From Thermodesulfobacteriota bacterium (GTDB lineage: Bacteria; Desulfobacterota; Desulfobacteria; Desulfobacterales; SURF-7), in assembly GCA_049320885.1 (NCBI GenBank), contig JBMORA010000001.1, positions 146,622-210,621 on the forward strand: DNA of 64,000 bases, in the 5' to 3' direction. Below the pieces are notes generated by a model, which saw nothing but the letters and a program-made list of their open reading frames with translations, did not search any database and was not told the DNA's origin. This document shows, piece by piece, positions 24,440 to 33,938 of the stretch; positions within the stretch are counted from its first letter, which is position 1; the number at the start of each line of letters is the position of its first letter. The position numbers were made by a program, and so were the translations under genes.

Positions 24440-25729
24440 TCACGGGTTTAACCGGACTTCCCGCTCGGGCTTCAGGGATACCGATAATATTCCGCGGTTC
24501 TCCACATAGTTGTTGGCGGTATCGTCCGAGTATAACTTCCGGAAAACGTATTCCAGCCGCACAGCCATCCAGGGCAATGCCTGATAAACCAGTCCGGCGT
24601 TGCTTCGCCATATGGTGTCTTCCCGCTCGGGAGCCTGGTCCATGTAGATGTTCCGGCGGTAACCGGTGCCGATCGAACCGGACAGCCTTTTGCCCAGCTG
24701 CTGGCTCACGCTTCCCGACATATGATAAAAAGGGCTGAACCCCAGATTTTCAGCTCCATAAGAGGCGATATCATACCCGACCTTGCCGGAGACGGCAATG
24801 GCGCTGCCTTCATCCCAGCTGTAGGCGCTTTCTATGGAGCCGACAATTCCGGTATCATCATCACCCGCCTCGGTGTCCCGGAAAAAATAACCGAAACTGG
24901 CCCCCAAACTTGAATTGGCTTGTTCCTTCCAGTCGAATCCCACCAGGGAACTGTGGACCTGATAGTCATCCCCCCCGGCCATGAAAACCGTATCCACGTG
25001 CGAATAGGCGATGTACCCCTCGAATTGACGCCCAAAACGCTTGATCAGACGCAGTTTGTTCATCACATCGTCAAAGTCTTCAGAAATTTCAAGGTCGTTA
25101 CGTGTATATTTGCATTCCCATTCCAGGGCATATCGGCTGGGCGACATCCAGTACATGAGCAAAAGACTTGGTCGATAGTATTCCTTGTTTTCAAGACTCG
25201 GGTCTTCGTTGTCGATCAGATAGTATTCATACCGGAGTGCGATGGAATCGTTTTTGCCGAATTGATTCAGGATGCCGAAACTGGCCGTATTGGTCTGATA
25301 GGGCTCGCGGCCCTGCCGGACGGTGAAATCCGTATCGGAAATCGGATCCTCCGTATACAGATACCGGTTTCCCAGTTCGATCCTGGTATTGTCGGTAATC
25401 TTGCCCCAGGCCCCGACGGCTGCGCTGTGGCGCAAAATGTTGTTTTCGGGGAAACGGGTATAGGAGGCGTAGGTCGGGTTGTAGGAAATGGTGAGGGCGC
25501 TGTTCCTCTCGTACATGCTCAAATCCACCCCCGGATTGAGTGTGGTGATATAGTCATATTCCTCATCCTCGGGGGTCAGGCTGGCATTGTCCGTGAAAGT
25601 GCTGCTGATGGTGAGTCCGGGCGTGAACTGAATGGTGGCGGCGGCTCTTGCCGTCATCAGAAGAAAGCACAGCACAATAACGCCCAGATATCTCATGGCA
25701 TGATAACTATATGAATTCATTGTGCGCAA
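24440..25729 (-). CDS. outer-membrane beta-barrel protein associated with exopolysaccharide export
   Basis: Signal peptide; F.P.L.IS..FTDN start, alternating amphipathic strands, Y.ENR near the C-terminus; the start could be 25720 or 25696. Confidence 0.75.
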   Translation of the reverse strand: MRTMNSYSYHAMRYLGVIVLCFLLMTARAAATIQFTPGLTISSTFTDNASLTPEDEEYDYITTLNPGVDLSMYERNSALTISYNPTYASYTRFPENNILRHSAAVGAWGKITDNTRIELGNRYLYTEDPISDTDFTVRQGREPYQTNTASFGILNQFGKNDSIALRYEYYLIDNEDPSLENKEYYRPSLLLMYWMSPSRYALEWECKYTRNDLEISEDFDDVMNKLRLIKRFGRQFEGYIAYSHVDTVFMAGGDDYQVHSSLVGFDWKEQANSSLGASFGYFFRDTEAGDDDTGIVGSIESAYSWDEGSAIAVSGKVGYDIASYGAENLGFSPFYHMSGSVSQQLGKRLSGSIGTGYRRNIYMDQAPEREDTIWRSNAGLVYQALPWMAVRLEYVFRKLYSDDTANNYVENRGILSVSLKPEREVRLNP

Positions 25730-25978
25730 TAAATGTCGTTCTCTTCCAATCCGCTTGATTTACACGAATGCCGGACATTTCTTTCTTCCGCTCTCCGCGA
25801 TTGATGACAATATGCATGAGACAAGCAGTTCCGCGCCCTGTTTTTCCTTGAAAAACAGACGCAAGTTCACCGAACCCGGCATGGCGGCAGGGGGCTGTTT
25901 TCTCAAGTGCCCTTTTATATTAAAAAAACAATTACGTGTCAAGGAGATATCACCGATTTTTCCGGATAAATAATATCA

Positions 25979-27574
25979 TTGAGATATCGATGTCGATGCA
26001 CTATGATACTTCGCCAAAAAGGCGCGCAACGGGAATCAGGGAAAAGCGTGGGGAAGAACTCAGAAAAAAAACCAACCGGTGACGGATCGTTCGGCGTCAA
26101 TGTGGCTTTAATGGCCGGTGGAACAACCTTTTCCAGCGCCCTGGTGTTCCTGGCCGAACCGGTTACGTCCAGGATGTTTCCGCCGGAAGCCTTCGGGGCG
26201 GCGTCCACATTCTATGCCGGGGCGACCATTCTTGGCACCGTCGCTTGCCTGAGATATGAAATGGCCCTGCTGCTGCCGAAGGAGGAAGAAGATGCGGGCA
26301 ATATCTTTTTTCTGTGTATTTTCATTCTCACGGCAATAACGGTCTTAGCCGGCATTTCGGTCTATGGCATCGGGCGGCATGTCCTGGCGCTGCTGCGCAT
26401 GGAAGCACTCTGGCCTGCAAGCCTGTGGCTGTTCCCGGCCGCCGTATTTTTGACCGGACTGGATTTGCTGCTCCGTAGATGGCATACGCGTCAAAAGCGG
26501 TTCAACAGCATCGCCTTATCCCGCGCGATGCAATCCATCCCACGGGTCCTTGCGGAGGTCTGCGGCGGGGCGGCCGGTTTCATCAGCGCCACCAATTTTA
26601 CTTCCTTCAGGGTTTTCGGACTCATCGGCAGCCCGTTGAATCTCTCCTATGCCTTCCTGAAGCACGATCTAACCAGGGTGTATCAGCACTTTACGAAAGC
26701 AGGTTTGCTTGCCGCCGCCATTCGATACATCAAATTCCCGCTGTATGAATCCGCATCCGCCCTGGTGATGCTGCTGTCCTTATATTCACCCATCATTCTG
26801 CTGTCTTCCTTCTTCGGCCCCGACAAGGCAGGACTGTTTTCGAAGGCTTTTTACCTGTTGTATATGCCCATCCTGATAGTCGGAGACTCGACCAGCCAGG
26901 CGTTTTTTCAATTGTCCTCGCATAGAAAAGCCATGGGCAAGGAATTGGGCGCCGTGGTGGAATCGGTTCTTACCAGAATGATCAGTATCGGCGTGCTTCC
27001 ATTCTCCCTCATCGCTTTGGCAGGACCGAAGATCTTCAGCTTTGTCCTGGGCTCCTGGTGGTCCGAAGCCGGCATATATGCCCAAATCATTTGCCCCTGG
27101 CTGTTCGTCGTGCTGTTGAACAATTCCATTTCAACCCTTTTCGGGACACTCGAACGTCAGGGTGCCGGCCTCCTGTTTAATCTCGTCCTCATTGCGTTTC
27201 GTTTGGGCGTTCTGTTCCTGGGGGGATTGCTGATAAAAGATGCGCTTGTCACCGCCATGCTTTTCACGGCAACCAGCGTTCTGATCATCCTGCTGATGTC
27301 TTCTTATCTCATCCGGCAAGTCGGTTCATCCTACCGGCGGTTATGGCGGCATTTTTTCCAAAGCCTCCTGATGGCGTTCCCAACCCTGGTGATGACGGCC
27401 TTGGTCGACCGGGTTTTCAAGGCGCCACCCGGATATGTCTTTGTCACGGCTGTGCTTTCGTCACTGCCTTACCTCATGATGGTTTTTCGCTCTGATCCGG
27501 AATTACGGAATTTATCGCTGAATCTTCTGGAAAAACTGGGTGTACATGGTAAAAGAAATTCCGACAAAAATTGA
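25979..27574 (+). CDS. wzx: Wzx-type oligosaccharide flippase
   Basis: P..SR.F.PE.FG, LRYE.A..LP, many TM helices, G..W..AG; the true start is probably further downstream (e.g. GTG 26048). Confidence 0.85.
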   Translation: MRYRCRCTMILRQKGAQRESGKSVGKNSEKKPTGDGSFGVNVALMAGGTTFSSALVFLAEPVTSRMFPPEAFGAASTFYAGATILGTVACLRYEMALLLPKEEEDAGNIFFLCIFILTAITVLAGISVYGIGRHVLALLRMEALWPASLWLFPAAVFLTGLDLLLRRWHTRQKRFNSIALSRAMQSIPRVLAEVCGGAAGFISATNFTSFRVFGLIGSPLNLSYAFLKHDLTRVYQHFTKAGLLAAAIRYIKFPLYESASALVMLLSLYSPIILLSSFFGPDKAGLFSKAFYLLYMPILIVGDSTSQAFFQLSSHRKAMGKELGAVVESVLTRMISIGVLPFSLIALAGPKIFSFVLGSWWSEAGIYAQIICPWLFVVLLNNSISTLFGTLERQGAGLLFNLVLIAFRLGVLFLGGLLIKDALVTAMLFTATSVLIILLMSSYLIRQVGSSYRRLWRHFFQSLLMAFPTLVMTALVDRVFKAPPGYVFVTAVLSSLPYLMMVFRSDPELRNLSLNLLEKLGVHGKRNSDKN

Positions 27575-27615
27575 TATCTCATCTGCCCCTTATCGTGATC
27601 AAGTAGGGTGATAAC

Positions 27616-29139
27616 ATGAAAGTAAACATGCGTTGCCACGAAGTGAAGGAACTGCCGAAACTGGCATGGATCGCCTCTCATGAACTTGGTTCCGGGACAA
27701 TCACCGTCTGCCATGGTTCCGCCGTGGAATACGGAGATACCTGGATCGTGGAAGGCGTGTGGGACAATGACTTCCATTCGGCCGATTTTCACACAAGCGA
27801 CATTTTTTTTGGCAGCGGCATCCGGGTCGACGACGAGACGATCCATTTCGTTCCCTCGAGGGCCTTGGTGGACAGAATCGTATACTGCCGTAACGACCGG
27901 CGTCTGATCGTGTCCAACAGTCTCGTCGTGCTTATGGCCCATACCGGCGCACGCCTGAATCTGGAACATGATTACCGGTCCGAAGCGTTCACGATCCTTG
28001 ACGGCGTCAAAAAGTATAAACGGGAATTTTCCATCCTGCATCCGGAAATCACCTGCTTTTACCAGTTGTTCCGCCACAATCTCTTGGTTACCGGTGAGGC
28101 GATCTCCTTTTCGGATGAAAAGGAGTCCAGACCGATCCGCTCGTTCGCAGAATACCATGGTCTTATGACGGAAACACTGGAGAGGATCAGGCGGAACTAC
28201 GAAAGCAGCGACAGGAAGCACCCGGTTTCGACCTTCACCACCATGTCGTCCGGATACGACTCCACCGCCGTATCGGCGCTCGTCAGCAAGATCGGGGTGG
28301 ACGATTGTTTTACCAGTAAAATGAGCAATTCGATTCTGCCGGCCTGGCTCAGCCCCAGAATCGCCATGGACGACGGAAGCCCCGTGGCCGAGTCCTTGGG
28401 CTATACCGTTCACTACCTGGATCATGACAACATTTCCGAGGACGAATTATACTTTCTGGCGGCAAGTTGCGCCGGGCCGGAGTCGGTTTATTATTCTTTG
28501 GCCCGGAAAATTTATTCCGATTGCCAGGTCGGATTGGTTTTCACCGGATATCACGGCGATGTCATGTGGGATCTGAAACTGAAACCCGGAGAATCCGGGG
28601 GCGACATCATACGTGGGGACACATCCGGATTCAATCTGGCGGAAATCCGCTTGAAAAGCGGGTTCATTCATGTGCCTGTTCCCTTCATGTACGCGAGCAG
28701 CGTCAAGGATGTTGTGGGAATCAGTCTGTCCGAGGAGATGTTTCCGTGGCGCCTGTTCAACGATTATGACCGGCCTGTCGCAAGACGCATCCTGGAAACT
28801 TCCGGCGTGCCTCGAAATTATTTTGGATTCCGCAAAAAAGGAGTCACCAGGTATTACAACTACCCCAAGAACATGAAACTGAGAAGGCGGTTTTTCACGT
28901 TTCTGAAACAGCAGCAACAGACATCATCCCTCCTCGTTTATGCCTATGCTTTTTTCGTTCACTACCCCGTCCTGATCCTGATGGGCGTGCTGTACAATAT
29001 CGGGCTTGGGAAAATCATCGACAAAAATCGGCGGCCGGGATTGGATTTGTCCAGGAAAATGTTCGTGTGGGCGGCCAATTCATTGGCTGAAACCACTGCT
29101 CACGACTGCAACGGATTCTCCATCGGTGAAGCTCCATGA
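27616..29139 (+). CDS. divergent asparagine-synthase-like / PP-loop adenylating protein
   Basis: TMSSGYDSTAVS (SGGxDS-like) and FTGYHGD motifs; no Met-Cys N-terminus. Confidence 0.55.
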   Translation: MKVNMRCHEVKELPKLAWIASHELGSGTITVCHGSAVEYGDTWIVEGVWDNDFHSADFHTSDIFFGSGIRVDDETIHFVPSRALVDRIVYCRNDRRLIVSNSLVVLMAHTGARLNLEHDYRSEAFTILDGVKKYKREFSILHPEITCFYQLFRHNLLVTGEAISFSDEKESRPIRSFAEYHGLMTETLERIRRNYESSDRKHPVSTFTTMSSGYDSTAVSALVSKIGVDDCFTSKMSNSILPAWLSPRIAMDDGSPVAESLGYTVHYLDHDNISEDELYFLAASCAGPESVYYSLARKIYSDCQVGLVFTGYHGDVMWDLKLKPGESGGDIIRGDTSGFNLAEIRLKSGFIHVPVPFMYASSVKDVVGISLSEEMFPWRLFNDYDRPVARRILETSGVPRNYFGFRKKGVTRYYNYPKNMKLRRRFFTFLKQQQQTSSLLVYAYAFFVHYPVLILMGVLYNIGLGKIIDKNRRPGLDLSRKMFVWAANSLAETTAHDCNGFSIGEAP

Positions 29140-30062
29140 AATTTAAACGGTATCACAAATCCATGCAGCTGGACGACTCCCAGATGATTCCGGAAGCCCC
29201 TTCCTGCGCCTTTTGCTTTTCCAAGGACAGGATTCCTGTCTGGGTCTTGCAGAACAATCCGGCGGTGACCTTACTGCTTTGCCGAAATTGCGACGCCGTT
29301 TCCGCCTCGCGCATGCCGACCGGCGAGACCCTTTCCGATTTTTACAATGACTACTATGATGAAAAAAGTTACTACGGAAAAGGGAACAAAGTTACCTTTG
29401 ATTTGACCAATAAATTCGCCAAACACATTATGCGCCTAGCTGCCCGGCATCTGAAGCAAAATAAATTATCCCTCCTCGATTTCGGCGGCGGGGATGGATC
29501 AATGGCCGTGCAACTGGGGAAAGAACTCCTGAAAACGACCTGCTCCCAGATTCACATCACCGTAGTCGACTATCATACCGTCTTGCCGGCTGTCGATGAT
29601 GACAGGATTCAGCTTGAATTCGCCGCCGACCTCGCGGATGTCATATCTGACGGCTATCATTTGGTTATCGCCAGCGCGGTCCTGGAACATCTGCCCGAAC
29701 CCGGGAAAACCCTCGCCCGATTATTGAGCCTGTTGAAAATTGACGGCCTTTTTTATGCCAGAACGCCGTATATGCTGCCTTTCATGAGGGGCGCCCATTC
29801 AATCGGTCATGAATGGGATTTCCACTACCCGTCCCATCTTCACGATCTGGGCCCATTGTTCTGGAACAAGATTTTTCCGATCATCGATCCCGGGAATTCT
29901 TACAGGACACTTCGATCACAACCCTCCATCGTCGAAACCTCCTTCCGAAAACATTTTTTGCGGACACTGATCGCCTATGGGTTCAAGCTCCCTTGGTATT
30001 TGCTGGGAAACCGCTACAAGATGGTGGGGGGATGGGAAATTCTCACAATAAAATCACAATAA
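29136..30062 (+). CDS. class I SAM-dependent methyltransferase with N-terminal CxxC..CxxC
   Basis: CAFC/CRNC, LLDFGGGDG, VLEHLPEP, PSHL. Confidence 0.85.
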   Translation: MKFKRYHKSMQLDDSQMIPEAPSCAFCFSKDRIPVWVLQNNPAVTLLLCRNCDAVSASRMPTGETLSDFYNDYYDEKSYYGKGNKVTFDLTNKFAKHIMRLAARHLKQNKLSLLDFGGGDGSMAVQLGKELLKTTCSQIHITVVDYHTVLPAVDDDRIQLEFAADLADVISDGYHLVIASAVLEHLPEPGKTLARLLSLLKIDGLFYARTPYMLPFMRGAHSIGHEWDFHYPSHLHDLGPLFWNKIFPIIDPGNSYRTLRSQPSIVETSFRKHFLRTLIAYGFKLPWYLLGNRYKMVGGWEILTIKSQ

Positions 30063-30134
30063 AAAAATAACGAAATCAAAACTTTATGCACATAAGAATC
30101 ATCCGAGCGGCTGGATGATTTTACATTCTTAATA

Positions 30135-30182
30135 AAAAAAAGGGTTGCGGTACTTGATTTCCCGCAAACCCTTTTGTTTTTT
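30135..30182. terminator. bidirectional terminator between the methyltransferase and tRNA-Leu
   Basis: AAAAGGGTTGCGG-N11-CCGCAAACCCTTTT with flanking A- and T-tracts. Confidence 0.75.
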
Positions 30183-30183
30183 G

Positions 30184-30270
30184 TGGTGCCGAAGGGGAGA
30201 CTCGAACTCCCACCGGGGACCCCCGACTAGACCCTGAACCTAGCGCGTCTACCAGTTCCGCCACTTCGGC
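30184..30270 (-). tRNA. tRNA-Leu (anticodon CAG)
   Basis: GCCGAAGTGGCGGAACTGGTAGACGCGCTAGGTTCAGGGTCTAGT...GTTCGAGTC..TTCGGCACCA; 87 nt, long variable arm, encoded CCA. Confidence 0.97.
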
Positions 30271-30373
30271 TTGATCTGAAAGCAAAAAACTGTTTGCTTT
30301 CAAATTTGAGATACACTATGTATACTGATTTGATATGCCTGTCAAGCAGATTATCAAGGATTTGTAAGCAACC

Positions 30374-31309
30374 ATGAAACTAATTCAAAACATTTATGAA
30401 TTCACCGAAAAACTCCCGAATGCGGTGGTTACCATCGGCAATTTTGACGGCGTTCACAAAGGGCACCAGGCCCTGCTGGCCGAAGTCAAACAAAAGGCGG
30501 CCGCCCTGTCCGGAACATCCGTTGCCGTGACCTTCGAGCCCCATCCGATTCATGTGCTCCAGAACAATACCTACCTTCCCCACATCACGTTGTTCGACCA
30601 GAAAATGGAGCTCCTCTCCCAAACAGGCATTGACGTAACGGTCTGCATTCCCTTCACAAAAGAATTCGCCAAGCTGACCGCCAAACAGTTTGTGGAAGAT
30701 ATCCTCGTTCGTCGCATCGGCATGAAAGCCATTGTGGTGGGAAAAGACTATGCTTTCGGTAAAAACCGCGAGGGAAACGTCGCTTTTTTGCAGGCCTGCG
30801 GGGAGCAACTCGGATTTGAAGTCATTATCAAAGATTGGGAGCGATACGGGGGAAACAAAGCGGAAAGGATCAGCAGCACCCAGATCCGGGAAACCGTAAT
30901 GGAGGGAGACGTGGAAAAGGCCCGGGATTTTTTGGGCCGCTATTATCAAATCCGGGGAACCGTGGAAAAAGGCCGCGACCGCGGTGGGAAATTACTGGGT
31001 TTCCCCACCGCCAATATCCGGCTGCAGGGCGAGCTCTGCCCGAAAAGCGGTGTCTACGCCGTAACCGTGGAATGTGCTGGCGGCCTTTACAAAGGCGTGG
31101 CCAATATCGGATACAGCCCGACGTTTACCGACCACCTGTTTACCATCGAGGTTCACATAATGGACTTTAACGACAATATTTATAACCAAACCATATACGT
31201 GAATTTCGTCAAACGGTTACGGGATGAAAAGAAATTCTCCGACATTGCCCAACTTTCCGTACAGATCAACCAGGATATCCTGGCGGCGAGACATCTGCTG
31301 AATGAATAA
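30374..31309 (+). CDS. ribF: bifunctional riboflavin kinase/FAD synthetase
   Basis: IGNFDGVHKGH, ISSTQIR, LGFPTAN, EVHI.DF. Confidence 0.96.
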   Translation: MKLIQNIYEFTEKLPNAVVTIGNFDGVHKGHQALLAEVKQKAAALSGTSVAVTFEPHPIHVLQNNTYLPHITLFDQKMELLSQTGIDVTVCIPFTKEFAKLTAKQFVEDILVRRIGMKAIVVGKDYAFGKNREGNVAFLQACGEQLGFEVIIKDWERYGGNKAERISSTQIRETVMEGDVEKARDFLGRYYQIRGTVEKGRDRGGKLLGFPTANIRLQGELCPKSGVYAVTVECAGGLYKGVANIGYSPTFTDHLFTIEVHIMDFNDNIYNQTIYVNFVKRLRDEKKFSDIAQLSVQINQDILAARHLLNE

Positions 31310-32390
31310 AAAAATCATTCTCTCCCTTTTGTTCGGTGGCATTTTATCGATCATCACCCTGTATTTCGCATTCCGGAACGTGCCGTTCGCCGCACTGATC
31401 GATTATCTGGGTTCCATCAACTTCATCTGGATCATCCCCTCCGTTCTGTTTGTTTTGATCGGTTTCATGGGACGGGCTCTGCGCTGGCAGGTTATTCTGC
31501 AATCCTCCCATCAGATTCGGTATTGGCGGGCCTTCCATCCCATGATGATCGGTTTCATGCTGAACTGCATACTGCCCGCCAGAATCGGTGAATTGGCCAG
31601 ACCGGCGGTATTGCTCAAAAAAGACCATGTCCCGTATACCACCGGCCTGGCCACGGTAGCCACGGAAAGAGTCTTCGATCTGCTGATCATGATCACCCTG
31701 TTTACCATCGTATTCCTGAATGTCCGGATCGATCCGAATCTGGAAATACCCTTTGGTGCCTACAAGTTGAATAAGGATACGCTGGAAAGCATCGGCAGCG
31801 GGATGATCAAATTGTTATTGGTTCTGATCGCCGGCATTGTCATCATCAGCATCGACCGGGTGAAGACGGGCATCATTCGGATCATATCGCGACTGCCAGA
31901 CCTGTTTTTTGTTGCAGGTCCGGGCGCACAACAAATGATCTCCCGGTTCATTGCCCTGCCTCTTGTTCGGGTCGTCGAAAACGTCGCCGCCGGTTTCGTC
32001 CTGGTAAAAGATGGCAGGAGAATGCTGCTGTGCATTCTTCTGTCGTCCATCATATGGGTCATAAACGCCACCTCGTATTATCTGATGGCCCTGGGATGCC
32101 CGGACCTCGGACTTTCTCCCCTTGAAATCACGGCCGTCATGCTGATTATCTGCTTTTTCATTGCCCTGCCCTCGGTTCCGGGATTCTGGGGGTTGTGGGA
32201 AGCGGGAGGCGTGTTCGCCCTTTCGTTATTCTCCATACCAGCCAAGGACGCAGCCGGCTTTGCCCTTGCCAGCCATGCCGTGCAAATGTTCCCTGTCATC
32301 TTCATCGGCATGGTGTCGGCCCTGGTCTATGGCATCAATATCCGGGCCATACAAGTACAGCCAGTCAGTAACGGCGCAATGGATCCATAG
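31302..32390 (+). CDS. lysylphosphatidylglycerol synthase TM (UPF0104) family membrane protein
   Basis: RALRW, N.ILPARIGELAR, ERVFD, PSVPGFWG..E. Confidence 0.85.
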   Translation: MNKKIILSLLFGGILSIITLYFAFRNVPFAALIDYLGSINFIWIIPSVLFVLIGFMGRALRWQVILQSSHQIRYWRAFHPMMIGFMLNCILPARIGELARPAVLLKKDHVPYTTGLATVATERVFDLLIMITLFTIVFLNVRIDPNLEIPFGAYKLNKDTLESIGSGMIKLLLVLIAGIVIISIDRVKTGIIRIISRLPDLFFVAGPGAQQMISRFIALPLVRVVENVAAGFVLVKDGRRMLLCILLSSIIWVINATSYYLMALGCPDLGLSPLEITAVMLIICFFIALPSVPGFWGLWEAGGVFALSLFSIPAKDAAGFALASHAVQMFPVIFIGMVSALVYGINIRAIQVQPVSNGAMDP

Positions 32391-32464
32391 CTTTTCTCCG
32401 GATATGCATTATCATACAATCGTCAGACCAATAAAATGGAAATTCATGATGAAAGGAATATGGA

Positions 32465-32977
32465 ATGGCCGTACTTGAGATCCTAACCTATCCGGATCCA
32501 TTTCTCAAAACCAGGACCCGCCCGGTCATTCAATTTGATGACAATCTCCAGGAACTTTTACGGAACATGGCCGATACCATGTACGATGCTCCGGGAGTCG
32601 GGCTTGCCGCAACCCAGATCGGCTCGGATCAGAGCATCATCGTATTTGATCCGACCGCCGATAAGGAAAATCGTCCCTACCGGGTTCTGATCAACCCGAA
32701 AATCATTGCCGCCGAGGGGGAAATCATCTCTGAAAACGAAGGCTGTCTGAGCGTGCCGGAATTCAGGTCCGATGTGAAACGATCCGAAAAAATGTTGGTG
32801 GAAGGCCTGGATGGCTGCGGGGCGCCTGTCAAGATCGAGGCGGAGGGTCTCCTGGCCATCATTCTGCAACATGAAATCGATCATTTGAACGGGGTCTTGT
32901 TCATCGACCGCATCAGCACGCTCAAACGGGAAATCTATAAACGCAAGGTCAGAAAGCAATTGAAAACCAGTGCCTGA
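32465..32977 (+). CDS. def: peptide deformylase
   Basis: GVGLAATQIG, EGCLS, QHEIDHLNG. Confidence 0.97.
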   Translation: MAVLEILTYPDPFLKTRTRPVIQFDDNLQELLRNMADTMYDAPGVGLAATQIGSDQSIIVFDPTADKENRPYRVLINPKIIAAEGEIISENEGCLSVPEFRSDVKRSEKMLVEGLDGCGAPVKIEAEGLLAIILQHEIDHLNGVLFIDRISTLKREIYKRKVRKQLKTSA

Positions 32978-33938
32978 TTCTTTGACCATCATATTCATGG
33001 GAACCCCGGCATTCGCCTTGCCGGCATTGACGGCGCTCCACCGGAGCCCCCACCGGATTTCCCTTGTGGTGACCCAGCCGGACCGTCCCAAAGGGCGCGG
33101 CCGGAAACCCGTCGCCCCCCCGGTTAAAGTTGCCGCGGAACTGTACGGCTATCCGGTGGTGCAACCGGAGTCCGTCAAAACGGAAGCTTTTCTCCATCAA
33201 GTGGCGGCGCTGAAGCCGGATTTTCTCTGCGTGGTTGCCTTTGGTCAGCTGTTGCCCGAAGCTCTGTTGCGGATACCTCGTTTTTCCGCCTTGAACATCC
33301 ATCCCTCCCTTTTACCCAAATATCGCGGCCCGGCCCCGATCCAGTGGGCTATCCTGAATGAAGAACCGCAAACCGGCGTCACCATCATGGCCCTTGACGC
33401 CGGAATGGATTCCGGGGACATACTGTTATCCGCGACCTATCCGATTCAAGCTGTCGATACGGCCGCCACCCTGCATGACCGTCTCTCGGAAATCGGGGCG
33501 AGCCTGCTCGTCGAGACCATCGACCGTTTTTCCAGGGGGACCATCAGGCCCATTCCCCAGGACTCCTCCCTTGCGACCTTGGCGCCGCTCTTACAAAAAT
33601 CCGACGGGATGATCGACTGGCGCCGGCCGGCCTCACAAATCCATGCCCTCGTGCGGGCAATGGACCCGTGGCCCGGCGCCTTCACTTTCTGGCAGCAATC
33701 CCGTCTGAAAATCTTCTCCGTTCAACAGGCGGAAATGAGCGAACCGGCCGCACCCGGAACGGTCATTCGCGGTTTCGCGGAAGAACTCCGGGTAGCAACG
33801 GGAGACGGCGCCATTTCCATCCTGGAAATCCAGGGTGAATCCGGGAAACGAATGCCCGTGCAGCATTTTTTACGCGGCAAAAACCTGCCGCCCGGAACAG
33901 TTTTTCAAATGGTTCTGTCCTCTGATGAAAAAAAATAA
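32970..33938 (+). CDS. fmt: methionyl-tRNA formyltransferase
   Basis: FMGTP.FA, VTQPDRP.GRG, HPSLLPKYRGPAP, MDSGD. Confidence 0.97.
   Translation: MPDSLTIIFMGTPAFALPALTALHRSPHRISLVVTQPDRPKGRGRKPVAPPVKVAAELYGYPVVQPESVKTEAFLHQVAALKPDFLCVVAFGQLLPEALLRIPRFSALNIHPSLLPKYRGPAPIQWAILNEEPQTGVTIMALDAGMDSGDILLSATYPIQAVDTAATLHDRLSEIGASLLVETIDRFSRGTIRPIPQDSSLATLAPLLQKSDGMIDWRRPASQIHALVRAMDPWPGAFTFWQQSRLKIFSVQQAEMSEPAAPGTVIRGFAEELRVATGDGAISILEIQGESGKRMPVQHFLRGKNLPPGTVFQMVLSSDEKK

Noticed and set aside
25825..25840. Possible sigma-54 box upstream of the beta-barrel gene (minus strand AGGGCGCGGAACTGCT)
   Set aside because: GG-N10-GC spacing is present but the match to TGGCA/TTGC is poor
30121..30303. 60-aa minus-strand ORF
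   Set aside because: It overlies tRNA-Leu and its terminator
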